64,000 bases of DNA from an uncultured Bacillota bacterium (GTDB lineage: Bacteria; Bacillota; Clostridia; Christensenellales; UBA1242), in contig CAMMTJ010000003.1 in NCBI GenBank assembly GCA_946499835.1, forward strand, positions 55,460 to 119,459, read 5' to 3'. Positions 28,056-36,891 of the stretch are shown here, one piece after another. The notes beneath the pieces are model-generated. The model saw nothing but the letters and a program-made list of their open reading frames with translations, did no database searches and had not been told where the DNA came from. The translations under genes and the position numbers were made by a program. Each line of letters opens with the position of its first letter. The first letter of the stretch is position 1.

Positions 28056-28584
28056 GTGGACAGAAAAATTGATGCTGTTATGGGACAGGCTTAAAAAAAT
28101 CAAACATATTGGACTATATCTGGCTCTTCTCTTGGCGGTGATAGTGGTTGGGATATATTTCACAACACTGTCAAGTTCAAAAGAAGAAAACCCATCGACA
28201 AACCTCGACACAAACACCCAAACATTTTCTTCGTCTGGTGAATACATCACATGGCTTGAAAATAAACTTGAAAATGTCTTGGGCAAAGTGAAGGGGGCAG
28301 GAAATGTAGAAATAATCTTAACACTCGATAAAGGCTTTGAATATGTCTATGCAACAGAAGAGGAAATCAAAGAACTTGCAAGTGGAGGAAGCGTGACGAC
28401 GACAAAGGTTGTCTTGGTGAATGGACAACCAGTCCTTGAAGAAGAAATCTTCCCAAGCATAAAAGGTATCGTCGTTGTCAGCCAAGGTGCAGAAGATGTG
28501 GGAGTAAGACTGAACTTGCTTTCAGCATTACAGACAGTTGTCAGTGTTGACAGCTCAAAGATAACTATTTTGGAAGGAAATTAA
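28048..28584 (+). CDS. spoIIIAG: stage III sporulation protein AG
   Basis: TTG start 7 nt after GAGGAGG. Single TM helix plus a ring-building-motif-like C-terminus (PSIKGIVVVSQGAEDV). Confidence 0.85.
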   Translation: MNKWTEKLMLLWDRLKKIKHIGLYLALLLAVIVVGIYFTTLSSSKEENPSTNLDTNTQTFSSSGEYITWLENKLENVLGKVKGAGNVEIILTLDKGFEYVYATEEEIKELASGGSVTTTKVVLVNGQPVLEEEIFPSIKGIVVVSQGAEDVGVRLNLLSALQTVVSVDSSKITILEGN

Positions 28585-28610
28585 AAAAAGGTTATAAAAG
28601 GAGTAAGATT

Positions 28611-29084
28611 ATGAAAAAAAGGACAAAAATCATCATTCTTTCAGCAATGGTTCTTCTTCTCGGAGTGACAGGATATTTGAATGTGGCACTCAACAATTCT
28701 CTTTCAAGCAACAATGACGGAGACAGCACAACAACATCTTCTTATTTTGCAGCATACAGAAATGACCGAGAGTCAACAAGAGACCAAGAAATGCTTTATT
28801 ATGATGCAATCATAGCAAATGAAACATCAACAGAAGCAGCAATCGCAGCAGCAGAAGAGGCAAGACTTAGTCTTGTGACTCAAATGGAGAAAGAACTTGT
28901 CGTTGAAGGACTTATCAAAGCAAAAGGCTTTGAAGATTGTGTTGTGACAATTTCTTCTGACAATGTCAATGCAGTTGTTAAGGCTGACGCTCTCACAAGT
29001 GCAGAGGCAAACCAAATTCTTGCTATTATTCAAGAACAACTTGGCACAAACATTGAAAATGTTAAAATAATACCAGTAGAATAA
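28611..29084 (+). CDS. spoIIIAH: stage III sporulation protein AH (SpoIIIAH-like)
   Basis: N-terminal TM helix, a polar linker and a C-terminal YscJ/FliF-like domain. Last gene of the operon. Confidence 0.8.
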   Translation: MKKRTKIIILSAMVLLLGVTGYLNVALNNSLSSNNDGDSTTTSSYFAAYRNDRESTRDQEMLYYDAIIANETSTEAAIAAAEEARLSLVTQMEKELVVEGLIKAKGFEDCVVTISSDNVNAVVKADALTSAEANQILAIIQEQLGTNIENVKIIPVE

Positions 29085-29134
29085 TTGCATTCAGAGAAAA
29101 GTTTATGTTATAATACAAAAGAATAGGAGTTGTT

Positions 29135-29506
29135 ATGAAAGAAAAGAAAAACCCAGTTCCTCATAAGGGAAAAGTTGATATTGACAGAGATATCCTTCTT
29201 TCAATCATCAATTTGGCAACAAAGGAAATCAATGGTGTTGAGTCACTCACCAATCAGTATTTGCCTTGGTATAAAAAGATAGTTAAGCCAAAGTCAGAGG
29301 GTGTGACAATCAAGTTTGATGCAAACAGCACTCTTAAAGTTGATGTATATATCAAAGTATATATTGGTTACAGCGTGCCTGATGTGGCTTACAGAGTGCA
29401 AGAAAACATCAAAAACAGCCTTGGAACTATGGTTGGACTTAAACCAGGAAAAATCAATGTGCATGTTTACGGCGTTGTATGTGACAAGCCAGAGGAAGGT
29501 GAATAA
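29135..29506 (+). CDS. Asp23/Gls24-family envelope stress protein
   Basis: ILLSIINLATKEINGVESL is typical of the Asp23 family. Its position before nusB is as in many Clostridia. Confidence 0.8.
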   Translation: MKEKKNPVPHKGKVDIDRDILLSIINLATKEINGVESLTNQYLPWYKKIVKPKSEGVTIKFDANSTLKVDVYIKVYIGYSVPDVAYRVQENIKNSLGTMVGLKPGKINVHVYGVVCDKPEEGE

Positions 29507-29508
29507 GC

Positions 29509-29895
29509 ATGAGAAGAGATGCAAGGGTGGTTGCCTTTCAAATTATCTTTTCAAAAATGTTCGCATCTGACCAAATAGAAGAACCTTTCTTTGACAGTCT
29601 TAAAAAGGAAAGCGATATTTCTTTTGCAAAATCAGTGGTTGAAAACTTTTTGGAACATAAACAAGACCTTGATGAGCAAATAAAAGGCGGACTTGTCGGT
29701 TATCAGATAGATAGAGTTTACAAAGTTGATCTTGCACTTTTGTATTTGGTTTTGACAGAGGTTGAATTTCTTGACACACCAAAACAAGTGGCAATCAATG
29801 AGGCTCTTGAAATTGCGAAGAAGTTTTCAACTGACAAAAGCCCAAAATTTCTAAATGGTGTGCTTTCATCAGTACTTCGAGGAAAAGATAAATAA
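29509..29895 (+). CDS. nusB: transcription antitermination factor NusB
   Basis: RRDARVVAFQIIFS N-terminus and C-terminal FLNGVL motif. Confidence 0.9.
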   Translation: MRRDARVVAFQIIFSKMFASDQIEEPFFDSLKKESDISFAKSVVENFLEHKQDLDEQIKGGLVGYQIDRVYKVDLALLYLVLTEVEFLDTPKQVAINEALEIAKKFSTDKSPKFLNGVLSSVLRGKDK

Positions 29896-31070
29896 TGCAA
29901 GCGATAAGCGTTTCACAACTTGGAAACTACATCAAAAATATATTCGATGCGGAAGAACTTCTCCACAACATACCTGTTGTTGGAGAAGTTTTTGGTGTAT
30001 CTTTATCGCGAAATGTCATTTATTTCTCTCTTAAAGATGAAAATGCAACTTTGCAATGTGTTTGCTTTTATCCAGCACTTGCCGACTTGATTGAAGAAGG
30101 TGCAAAGATAATAGCAACTGGCTCTCCAAACTATTATGTCAAAGGTGGCAGACTCAACTTCAATGTTGTGAAAGTTGAAAAGGCAGGCATAGGCAAACTT
30201 TATGAAGAGTTTTTGAAGATGAAAGAAAAACTTGAAAAGGAAGGGCTTTTTGACATAGCACACAAAAAATCTATGCCAGAGAACATAAGACGAATTGGCG
30301 TGATAACCTCGCGTGAAGGTGCGGTGATTCAAGATATAAAAAATGTGGCATGGAGACGCAATCCTTCACTTGATATCGTTTTGTTCAATACCAAAGTTCA
30401 AGGAAAGGATGCAGAAAAAGAGATAGCCCGTGCAATAGACCTTATGTCTGATTATGATGGTATTGATGTCATTATGGTGGCAAGAGGCGGAGGCAGTTTG
30501 GAAGATCTTTCGGCATACAACACTGAGACTGTGGCAAGGGCGACATACAACTGTCAAAAACCAATCGTGTCAGCAGTTGGGCATGAGACTGACTTTACAA
30601 TAATAGACTTTGTCAGTGACCTTCGTGCTCCAACACCGTCAGCGGGTGCAGAACTCTTGTCCGTCAATATGGAAGAGAGAAAGAAATCGCTTCAAAGTCT
30701 TGTCCAAAACTTTTTGAGAACAAGTGACAACTTTGTTGAAAACAAAAGGGCGCAGGTGAAAGAACTCGGCAAGGACAGTATTGCAAGTTTTGATAAAAGA
30801 CTGGTATATCAAACAAACAATACAACCAAAAAAGCAGATCTCTTTATTCAAAGGTATAGCGATTTTATAAATCAAAACCTATACAATATTGGAATTATGG
30901 AAACAACATTAAAAAAACTTGATCCACGTTTGATTTTAGCGCAAGGATATGCTAGAATTGAACAAACGGAAAAACCTGTCTTGTCAGCAAAGAGCGTTGA
31001 CTTAGAGAAGAATATAAACATTATCTTTGCAGATGGCACGGTTAAGGCAAAACCTATAAAGGAGGAATGA
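29895..31070 (+). CDS. xseA: exodeoxyribonuclease VII large subunit
   Basis: OB-fold N-terminus (ISVSQLGNYIKNIFD), IGVITSREGAVIQD and ARGGGSLEDL motifs. Confidence 0.93.
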   Translation: MQAISVSQLGNYIKNIFDAEELLHNIPVVGEVFGVSLSRNVIYFSLKDENATLQCVCFYPALADLIEEGAKIIATGSPNYYVKGGRLNFNVVKVEKAGIGKLYEEFLKMKEKLEKEGLFDIAHKKSMPENIRRIGVITSREGAVIQDIKNVAWRRNPSLDIVLFNTKVQGKDAEKEIARAIDLMSDYDGIDVIMVARGGGSLEDLSAYNTETVARATYNCQKPIVSAVGHETDFTIIDFVSDLRAPTPSAGAELLSVNMEERKKSLQSLVQNFLRTSDNFVENKRAQVKELGKDSIASFDKRLVYQTNNTTKKADLFIQRYSDFINQNLYNIGIMETTLKKLDPRLILAQGYARIEQTEKPVLSAKSVDLEKNINIIFADGTVKAKPIKEE

Positions 31071-31071
31071 T

Positions 31072-32769
31072 ATGAGAATAAGTCATATGGTAGGAGAAAG
31101 AACAAAGGAGACACCAGCAGGGGCTTCTGTCAAAAGCCAAATATTTTTGATGCGTGCAGGCTACATCAAACAAGTCAGCAACGGCATTTACACTCTTTTG
31201 CCTCCTGCACAAAGGGTAAGCAAAAAAATTCAAGCAATTATCAGAGAAGAAATGGACAAAATTGATGGACAAGAAGTGCTTTTCCCTGTCGTTATGCCAA
31301 AAGAACTCTGGGAAAAGAGTGGCAGATATTATTCTATCGGCGAAGAAATGGTTAGATTTAAGGATAGATCAAACAGAGATATGCTTCTTGGAATGACACA
31401 TGAAGAGGCTGCCGTTCATGCTTGCCAGAATATAATCAAAAGTTATGACCAGTTGCCTCTTATGATTTATCAAATTCAAACCAAGTTTAGAGATGAGGCA
31501 AGACCAAGAGCAGGACTTATAAGAGTGAAAGAGTTTACCATGAAAGACGCTTACTCTTTCCACACATCAAATGAAGATTTGGAAGAATACTATTCTCGTG
31601 CCTTTGATGCTTACAACCGCATATTCCAAAGAGTGGGAATGAAAAACTTTATATCTGTTAAGTCTGACAACGGTATGATGGGCGGAAATTGTGCTCACGA
31701 ATTTATGCTTCTTACAGACATTGGTGAAGATAGTATCGTCATTTGCCCACATTGCGATTATAAATCAAACATGGAAGTGGCTGTTTCAAACTATGCAAAA
31801 CCAAAGTTTGAAGATAGTCCAATCAAGGAAGTGTTTACAGGCGAGGCAAAGAGTATTGAGGAAGTTTGCGCTTATCTCCATTTGCCAGCAGAGCAAACGA
31901 TGAAAGCAGTATGCTATGCTGTCGTTGGCGATGACAAGGAAACTGTTGTTGCTTTTGTTAGAGGTGATAAAGAGGTCAATGAGGCAAAACTGAAAAAGGT
32001 TGTTGGCAAAGAAATTGCAGTCAAGGATCTTGAAGGCTCAGGACTTGTTAAAGGAAATATCGGCATAGTTGGACTTGGACAAGAACATATGACTATCATT
32101 GTTGACAAGTCGCTTGAAGGTATGCAAGGATTATGCTGTGGAGCAAATAAAGAAGAATATCACCTTGTTGGAGTAAATCTTGCAAGAGATGCCAAGATTG
32201 ACAAATTCTATGACATTGCAAAAGTCAAAGAAGGGGAACTTTGCCCAATTTGCGGTCAACCTCTCAAAGTTGAAAGGGGAATTGAGATTGGAAATATCTT
32301 CCAACTTGGAACAAAATACACAAAGTCAATGGGCATGACTGTGACTATGCCAGACGGAAGTCAAATCAACCCAATTATGGGCTGTTATGGAATTGGTGTT
32401 GGCAGATGTCTTGCTTCGGTGGCGGAGGAACTGTCAGATGATAAAGGTCTTGTATGGCCAATGTCAATCGCACCATGGCAAGTATATCTTTGCCCACTTC
32501 GAAACGATGATGAGAAGGTTTCTGCGGTGGCAGAAGAACTTTATAAATCACTTTCAGAAAAATTTGAAGTGCTTTATGATGATCGTCATGTTTCAGCAGG
32601 AGTGAAACTCACTGACAGCGAACTTATGGGTATTCCAGTAAGAGTTGTTGTAAGTCCAAGATCTCTTGCTCAAAATCAGGCTGAAATCACTTTGCGTGCA
32701 AGCGGTGAAAAGATCATGGTTGACCTTAAAGATCTTGAAAGTGAACTTTCACGCCTTACAAAGATATAG
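31072..32769 (+). CDS. proS: prolyl-tRNA synthetase (bacterial type with INS editing domain)
   Basis: Class II motifs (FRDEARPRAGLIRVKEFTMKDAYSF, GCYGIGVGR). Starts 2 nt after xseA and ends 8 nt before xseB. Confidence 0.95.
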   Translation: MRISHMVGERTKETPAGASVKSQIFLMRAGYIKQVSNGIYTLLPPAQRVSKKIQAIIREEMDKIDGQEVLFPVVMPKELWEKSGRYYSIGEEMVRFKDRSNRDMLLGMTHEEAAVHACQNIIKSYDQLPLMIYQIQTKFRDEARPRAGLIRVKEFTMKDAYSFHTSNEDLEEYYSRAFDAYNRIFQRVGMKNFISVKSDNGMMGGNCAHEFMLLTDIGEDSIVICPHCDYKSNMEVAVSNYAKPKFEDSPIKEVFTGEAKSIEEVCAYLHLPAEQTMKAVCYAVVGDDKETVVAFVRGDKEVNEAKLKKVVGKEIAVKDLEGSGLVKGNIGIVGLGQEHMTIIVDKSLEGMQGLCCGANKEEYHLVGVNLARDAKIDKFYDIAKVKEGELCPICGQPLKVERGIEIGNIFQLGTKYTKSMGMTVTMPDGSQINPIMGCYGIGVGRCLASVAEELSDDKGLVWPMSIAPWQVYLCPLRNDDEKVSAVAEELYKSLSEKFEVLYDDRHVSAGVKLTDSELMGIPVRVVVSPRSLAQNQAEITLRASGEKIMVDLKDLESELSRLTKI

Positions 32770-32777
32770 GAGGGGTT

Positions 32778-32984
32778 ATGGAAGAGATGACTTATGAAGA
32801 GGCTTCAAGAAAACTTGAAGAAATTATCGAAAAACTGGAAAGTGGCACTCTTTCTATGAGCGAGGCAGTAAAACTTTTTGAAGAAGGGAAAAACCTCACA
32901 AAGATTTGCTATGAGCATATCGAAAAGGCAAAAGGAAAATTGACTGAGGTCAAAGAAGTGCTTGGCAAACTGGTTGAAGAATAG
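32778..32984 (+). CDS. xseB: exodeoxyribonuclease VII small subunit
   Basis: 68-aa helical protein (YEEASRKLEEIIEKLESGTLSMSEAVKLFEEG). Confidence 0.9.
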   Translation: MEEMTYEEASRKLEEIIEKLESGTLSMSEAVKLFEEGKNLTKICYEHIEKAKGKLTEVKEVLGKLVEE

Positions 32985-32992
32985 TTTTTAAG

Positions 32993-33025
32993 GCAGAAAT
33001 CAAGATAAAAGATTTCTGCTTTTGT
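32993..33025 (+). terminator. rho-independent terminator after xseB
   Basis: Stem GCAGAAATC (32993-33001) pairs with GATTTCTGC (33011-33019) and is followed by TTTTGTT. Confidence 0.8.
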
Positions 33026-33069
33026 TATCTCAAAGCATAAAGAGGGGGAAGGGCGCATTATAATTTAAG

Positions 33070-33645
33070 GTGAAACGCAAATTTTCTATCCTTGGCAAAA
33101 AGACCAGTTACCGCTGGGCATATCAAACACTGATTCTGGCAATTTGTATGTCTCTTTTCTTTGGGTTTCTTTCGCAAACCCTTCTTTCTTCAATGGGCAT
33201 ATTTTTTGCCATGATTGGTATTGCCTGTTTTGTTTTTATAAGCGTCATATTTGATATGATCGGCATTGCAGCAACCTCATGTGACAGAAAGGTTATTGAA
33301 AGGTGGACAAAAGAAAACATAAAGGGCTCAAAATCTGCGCTCAAACTTTCACAGAACTCCGAAAAGGTTTGCTCCTTTTGTGCCGATGTTGTTGGCGACA
33401 TCTGTTCCACTCTTTGTGGCGCTGGTGGCGCTTGCATTGTTGTGACTCTTTCAAAAGTGTGGCAGGGCGAAAACCTTATGATGGTGCTTTCCATTGTTGT
33501 GAGCGCTCTTATTGCAGGAGTAACCATATTTTGCAAAGCCCTTATGAAGGCAAAAGCCATCAACAATGCCAACGAAATTATCCTGAAAATCGGTGTTATA
33601 CTGGAAAAAATGAGCAGAAAGAGAAAAAAGAAAAAGAAATTGTAA
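33070..33645 (+). CDS. membrane protein, possibly a stand-alone CNNM/DUF21-like transmembrane domain
   Basis: About 4 TM helices. The loop IAATSCDRKVIERWTKENIKGSKSALKL resembles the DUF21 layout. GTG start with a poor SD, so the start is uncertain. Confidence 0.55.
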   Translation: MKRKFSILGKKTSYRWAYQTLILAICMSLFFGFLSQTLLSSMGIFFAMIGIACFVFISVIFDMIGIAATSCDRKVIERWTKENIKGSKSALKLSQNSEKVCSFCADVVGDICSTLCGAGGACIVVTLSKVWQGENLMMVLSIVVSALIAGVTIFCKALMKAKAINNANEIILKIGVILEKMSRKRKKKKKL

Positions 33646-33663
33646 AAAAATTATAAAAAATGA

Positions 33664-33692
33664 TTGACAAGAAAAAGGCGATATGATATTAT
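33664..33692 (+). promoter_or_regulatory. promoter of the infC-rpmI-rplT operon
   Basis: TTGACA (33664-33669), a 17-bp spacer, then TGa-TATTAT (33684-33692). Confidence 0.6.
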
Positions 33693-33698
33693 ACAAGC

Positions 33699-33833
33699 AT
33701 GAAAGTAGAAGTTTCCACTTCTCACCATTCGGCAATCGCGCTTGAATAGGTCAAAAAAAACTTAATTTTTGAAAAGGTTTTTTGGTGGAAATTTATGCTT
33801 CCACCAAATTTTTTTTGAAAGGGGATTACAGCA
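33699..33833 (+). promoter_or_regulatory. L20-leader-type attenuator upstream of infC
   Basis: Terminator hairpin TTTGGTGGAA (33781-33790) / TTCCACCAAA (33799-33808) followed by T8. The upstream hairpin AGAAGT/ACTTCT (33707-33722) contains TTCCAC, which can alternatively pair with GTGGAA. The position matches the Firmicute L20 leader. Confidence 0.65.
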
Positions 33834-34346
33834 ATTTTTAAGGAATTATTGATCAACGAACAAATCACATCACCAGAAGTAAGACTTATTGGTGAAAATG
33901 GCGAACAACTTGGCGTCATCTCTCGTGCTGAGGCACTTTCTATGGCAGAGGAAAAACAACTTGACCTCGTGCTTGTCTCTGGCGGAGCAAAGCCACCGGT
34001 ATGCAAACTTCTCGACTATGGCAAATACAAATTTGATGCCATAAAAAAAGAGAAGGAGATGAAAAAGGCTCAAAAAGTGGTTGAAACAAAAGAGGTTAGG
34101 CTTTCAATGACGATTGAAGAACATGATATTGCCTACCGTGTTTCAAGTGCAATAAAATTCCTCAAAGGCGGGGATAAAGTCAAAGTGACACTTCGCATGA
34201 AAGGAAGAGAGCAAGCATATGTGGCAAAAGCCATTGAAGTTGTCAAAGAATTTTGTGCGCGAGTGAGTGAATATGGCTCACTTGACAAAGCGCCAGAACA
34301 TGTTGGCCGAAATATATTTGCTGTTATCAGCCCAATAAAGAAATAA
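33834..34346 (+). CDS. infC: translation initiation factor IF-3, predicted AUU start
   Basis: In-frame ATT at 33834 lies 9 nt after AAGGGG. It gives (M)FKELLINEQITSPEVRLI, which aligns with the B. subtilis SKDFIINEQIRAREVRLI. The track's TTG at 33849 is internal. Confidence 0.9.
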   Translation: MFKELLINEQITSPEVRLIGENGEQLGVISRAEALSMAEEKQLDLVLVSGGAKPPVCKLLDYGKYKFDAIKKEKEMKKAQKVVETKEVRLSMTIEEHDIAYRVSSAIKFLKGGDKVKVTLRMKGREQAYVAKAIEVVKEFCARVSEYGSLDKAPEHVGRNIFAVISPIKK

Positions 34347-34359
34347 AAGGAGAAGAATT

Positions 34360-34554
34360 ATGCCAAAGCAAAAAACACACAGTGGCGTTAAAAAACGCTT
34401 CAAACTCACAGCAAGCGGTGAGGTTAAATTCGCAAGACCAAACAAAGGTCACTTCTTGACAAAGAAGAAACAAGACAGAAAAAGAAAACTCAGAAAGGGA
34501 TCTTACATTGCAGGAAAAAATGCACAAAACATCAAGACCCTTTTGGCTAAGTAA
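34360..34554 (+). CDS. rpmI: 50S ribosomal protein L35
   Basis: MPKQKTHSGVKKRFKLTASG is canonical L35. Confidence 0.95.
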   Translation: MPKQKTHSGVKKRFKLTASGEVKFARPNKGHFLTKKKQDRKRKLRKGSYIAGKNAQNIKTLLAK

Positions 34555-34568
34555 GGAGGTAAACTACT

Positions 34569-34910
34569 ATGAGAATTAAAAGAGCAGTCAACGCAGTGAA
34601 AAAACGCCGTTCAATCCTTAAAAGCGCAAAAGGATATCGTGGTGCAAAATCAAAACTTTACAGAACTGCAAGAGAACAAGTTATGAAGAGCGGACAATAT
34701 GCTTATATTGGACGCAAACAAAAGAAAAGAGATTTCAGAGCACTTTGGATCACAAGAATCAATGCTGCTTGCAGACTTAACGGAATTTCTTATTCAAAAT
34801 TCATCGCTGGCCTTAAAAGCAAGGGTATCGAACTCAACAGAAAAGTGCTTGCTGATATGGCAGTAAGACAACCTGAGGCTTTTGCTAACCTTGTAGGACA
34901 AGTTAAATAA
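34569..34910 (+). CDS. rplT: 50S ribosomal protein L20
   Basis: [25 protein letters not shown] is canonical L20. Confidence 0.95.
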   Translation: MRIKRAVNAVKKRRSILKSAKGYRGAKSKLYRTAREQVMKSGQYAYIGRKQKKRDFRALWITRINAACRLNGISYSKFIAGLKSKGIELNRKVLADMAVRQPEAFANLVGQVK

Positions 34911-35638
34911 TGCAAAGGCTTAGCGCAAACCAATTTAAGAACTTGAAAAAGCAAAAACGAGAAAACAGATTTTTGCTTTTTTTGGATAATGTCAAAATTA
35001 TCAAAGACGCCATTTCAAATGGTGTGAAGCCTCAACTTGTGTTGCTTGAAAGTGATTCTGCCTATCAAGATACCTTTTCTGGCTATCCAATTCTTATTGC
35101 ATCAAGAAAAGAAATAGAAGCACTTTCTGACAGTAAAACACCACAGGGAGTAGTATGCGTTGCAGAATACATACAAAATGTTGTGAAAAAGCCAAATTCA
35201 AATTTCCTTGTGCTTGATGGACTTCAAGATCCTGGCAATGTGGGAACGCTCATTCGCACAGCCACTGCTTGTGGGTTTGAAAACATATTTTTGCTTGAAT
35301 GTGCACATGTGACAAATTCCAAAGTGGTGAGAAGTTCTGTTGGAACAATCTTTCAAAGCAAAATCTATGAAATGAGCCGTGATGAGTTTGCTAAAAAAGC
35401 AAAAGAATGGGATTTGACTTTATATAAAGCGGACATGGATGGCGAAAATCTTTTTTCAGCCAAGTTTGAAAAGGTTTGTGGTGTGGTCATAGGCAACGAA
35501 GGGCAAGGAGTGTCAGACAAAATAAGTGCTTTATGCAAAAAGGCCTTGTCTTTGCCTATGAAAAAAGGTGTTGAAAGCCTGAACGCTTCAATTTCAGGAG
35601 CAATTATCATGTATCAAATCGCAAAAGATAACTTTTAA
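34910..35638 (+). CDS. TrmH/SpoU-family RNA 2'-O-methyltransferase
   Basis: LVLDGLQDPGNVGTLIRTA, VIGNEGQGV and ESLNASISGAI are the three SpoU motifs. Confidence 0.85.
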   Translation: MQRLSANQFKNLKKQKRENRFLLFLDNVKIIKDAISNGVKPQLVLLESDSAYQDTFSGYPILIASRKEIEALSDSKTPQGVVCVAEYIQNVVKKPNSNFLVLDGLQDPGNVGTLIRTATACGFENIFLLECAHVTNSKVVRSSVGTIFQSKIYEMSRDEFAKKAKEWDLTLYKADMDGENLFSAKFEKVCGVVIGNEGQGVSDKISALCKKALSLPMKKGVESLNASISGAIIMYQIAKDNF

Positions 35639-35655
35639 CAATTGCTCTTATAAGT

Positions 35656-35684
35656 TTGACTTGAAAAGCAAAAAGAAATATAAT
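35656..35684 (+). promoter_or_regulatory. promoter of yebC-family gene
   Basis: TTGACT (35656-35661), a 17-bp spacer, then TATAAT (35679-35684). Confidence 0.55.
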
Positions 35685-35710
35685 AAATTTGTTAGGTTAA
35701 GGAGAAAATT

Positions 35711-36445
35711 ATGTCAGGACATTCAAAATGGCACAACATACAAGCAAAAAAGGGCAAAACTGACGCTCAAAGAGGTAAAATTTTCACAAAGATTGGTCGT
35801 GAAATCGCTGTTATTGTAAAGCAAGGCGGTTCAGATCCTGTTTCAAATCCAAAACTTCGTGATGTTATCGCCAAAGCAAAACAAAACAATATGCCAAATG
35901 ACTCTATTGAAAGAAGCATAAAGAAAGCAGCAGGTGAACTTTCAGGCGTAAATTATGAAAGTCAAACATATGAAGGCTATGGTGTTGGTGGCTCAGCAGT
36001 TATTGTTGAGTGCTTGACTGACAACAAAAACAGAACAGCAGGTGATGTTCGCCATGCTTTTGACAAATTTGGCGGTTCTCTCGGCTCAACTGGTTGCGTA
36101 AGTTATCTTTTCCAAAGAAAAGGTATTGTCGAAGTTGAAAGAACAGACAAAACTGATGCTGACGAACTTATGCTTTGCGCTCTTGATGCAGGAGCAAAAG
36201 ATGTCATTGAATATGATGACAGTTTTGAAATCATCACAGAGGCAAATGCTCATTCAAGCGTTTCAGATGCTATGACAAATGCAGGATACAATGTTATTGA
36301 CGCAGAAACAAGACTTGTGCCAGACAATTATGTTGATTTGCCAGAAGATAAACTTGCATCTTTCAACCGCATGATTGATATGCTTGAAGACCTTGACGAT
36401 GTTCAAGAGGTTTATCACAATGTGAATATGCCAGAAGAAGAATAA
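35711..36445 (+). CDS. yebC: YebC/PmpR-family DNA-binding transcriptional regulator
   Basis: [27 protein letters not shown] is the canonical N-terminus. Confidence 0.93.
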   Translation: MSGHSKWHNIQAKKGKTDAQRGKIFTKIGREIAVIVKQGGSDPVSNPKLRDVIAKAKQNNMPNDSIERSIKKAAGELSGVNYESQTYEGYGVGGSAVIVECLTDNKNRTAGDVRHAFDKFGGSLGSTGCVSYLFQRKGIVEVERTDKTDADELMLCALDAGAKDVIEYDDSFEIITEANAHSSVSDAMTNAGYNVIDAETRLVPDNYVDLPEDKLASFNRMIDMLEDLDDVQEVYHNVNMPEEE

Positions 36446-36464
36446 CTTCTTTTGGCTTTTTTTT
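36430..36464 (+). terminator. rho-independent terminator after yebC
   Basis: 11-bp stem GCCAGAAGAAG (36430-36440) pairs with CTTCTTTTGGC (36446-36456) and is followed by T8. It overlaps the stop codon. Confidence 0.8.
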
Positions 36465-36497
36465 CTAAATGACAAGTTGCAAATTTTTGTTTTTCTA

Positions 36498-36526
36498 TTG
36501 CATTTTGTCGAAAGATATGATAAAAT
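36498..36526 (+). promoter_or_regulatory. promoter of the 90-aa charged-protein gene
   Basis: TTGCAT (36498-36503), a 17-bp spacer, then TGa-TAAAAT (36518-36526). Confidence 0.5.
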
Positions 36527-36550
36527 GAAAGAGAATTTTAGGAGGGAGAT

Positions 36551-36823
36551 ATGTGGGACTACTATAACGATTGGGACGATAAGAATGATGATAGAAGAGA
36601 AGAAATTGCAAGGGCAATAAGAGAGGCTAGGGAAGACAGAGCGGCGGCTGAGCGCAAAGCAAAAGAAGAAGCGGATCGTAAAGCAAAAGAAGAGGAAGAG
36701 CGAAGAGCAAAAATAGAAGAGCACACAAGAGAACATTTTCATTGGGAAAGACCTTACGGCTCGAAATATAAGCCAGGACCAGAGCAACTTGCTCTTAATA
36801 TAAATGATGAAGAAATGAATTAA
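36551..36823 (+). CDS. hypothetical 90-aa highly charged protein (acidic W/D-rich N-terminus, AERKAKEE repeats, basic/aromatic C-terminus)
   Basis: Strong SD AGGAGGG (36540-36546). Own promoter and terminator. No family recognised. Confidence 0.65.
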   Translation: MWDYYNDWDDKNDDRREEIARAIREAREDRAAAERKAKEEADRKAKEEEERRAKIEEHTREHFHWERPYGSKYKPGPEQLALNINDEEMN

Positions 36824-36827
36824 ACCT

Positions 36828-36857
36828 ATGACGCATACAACTTGCGTCATTTTTTTA
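36828..36857 (+). terminator. rho-independent terminator after the 90-aa gene
   Basis: Stem ATGACGCA (36828-36835) pairs with TGCGTCAT (36843-36850) and is followed by T7. Confidence 0.8.
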
Positions 36858-36891
36858 TCAAAATCTTATTTTTTGCAAATGTGTGTTTTGT

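Noticed and set aside
33059-33072. TATAAT (33059-33064) followed by GTG at 33070, as another leaderless start.
   Set aside because: There is no acceptable -35, the spacing is one base short, and the start would be GTG, which is poor for leaderless initiation. It was left out of the leaderless set.
36263-36850. A 195-aa minus-strand ORF covering the yebC 3' end and the 90-aa gene region.
   Set aside because: It overlaps the well-supported yebC gene. The plus-strand 90-aa ORF has a strong SD, promoter and terminator, whereas the minus-strand ORF has none of these.
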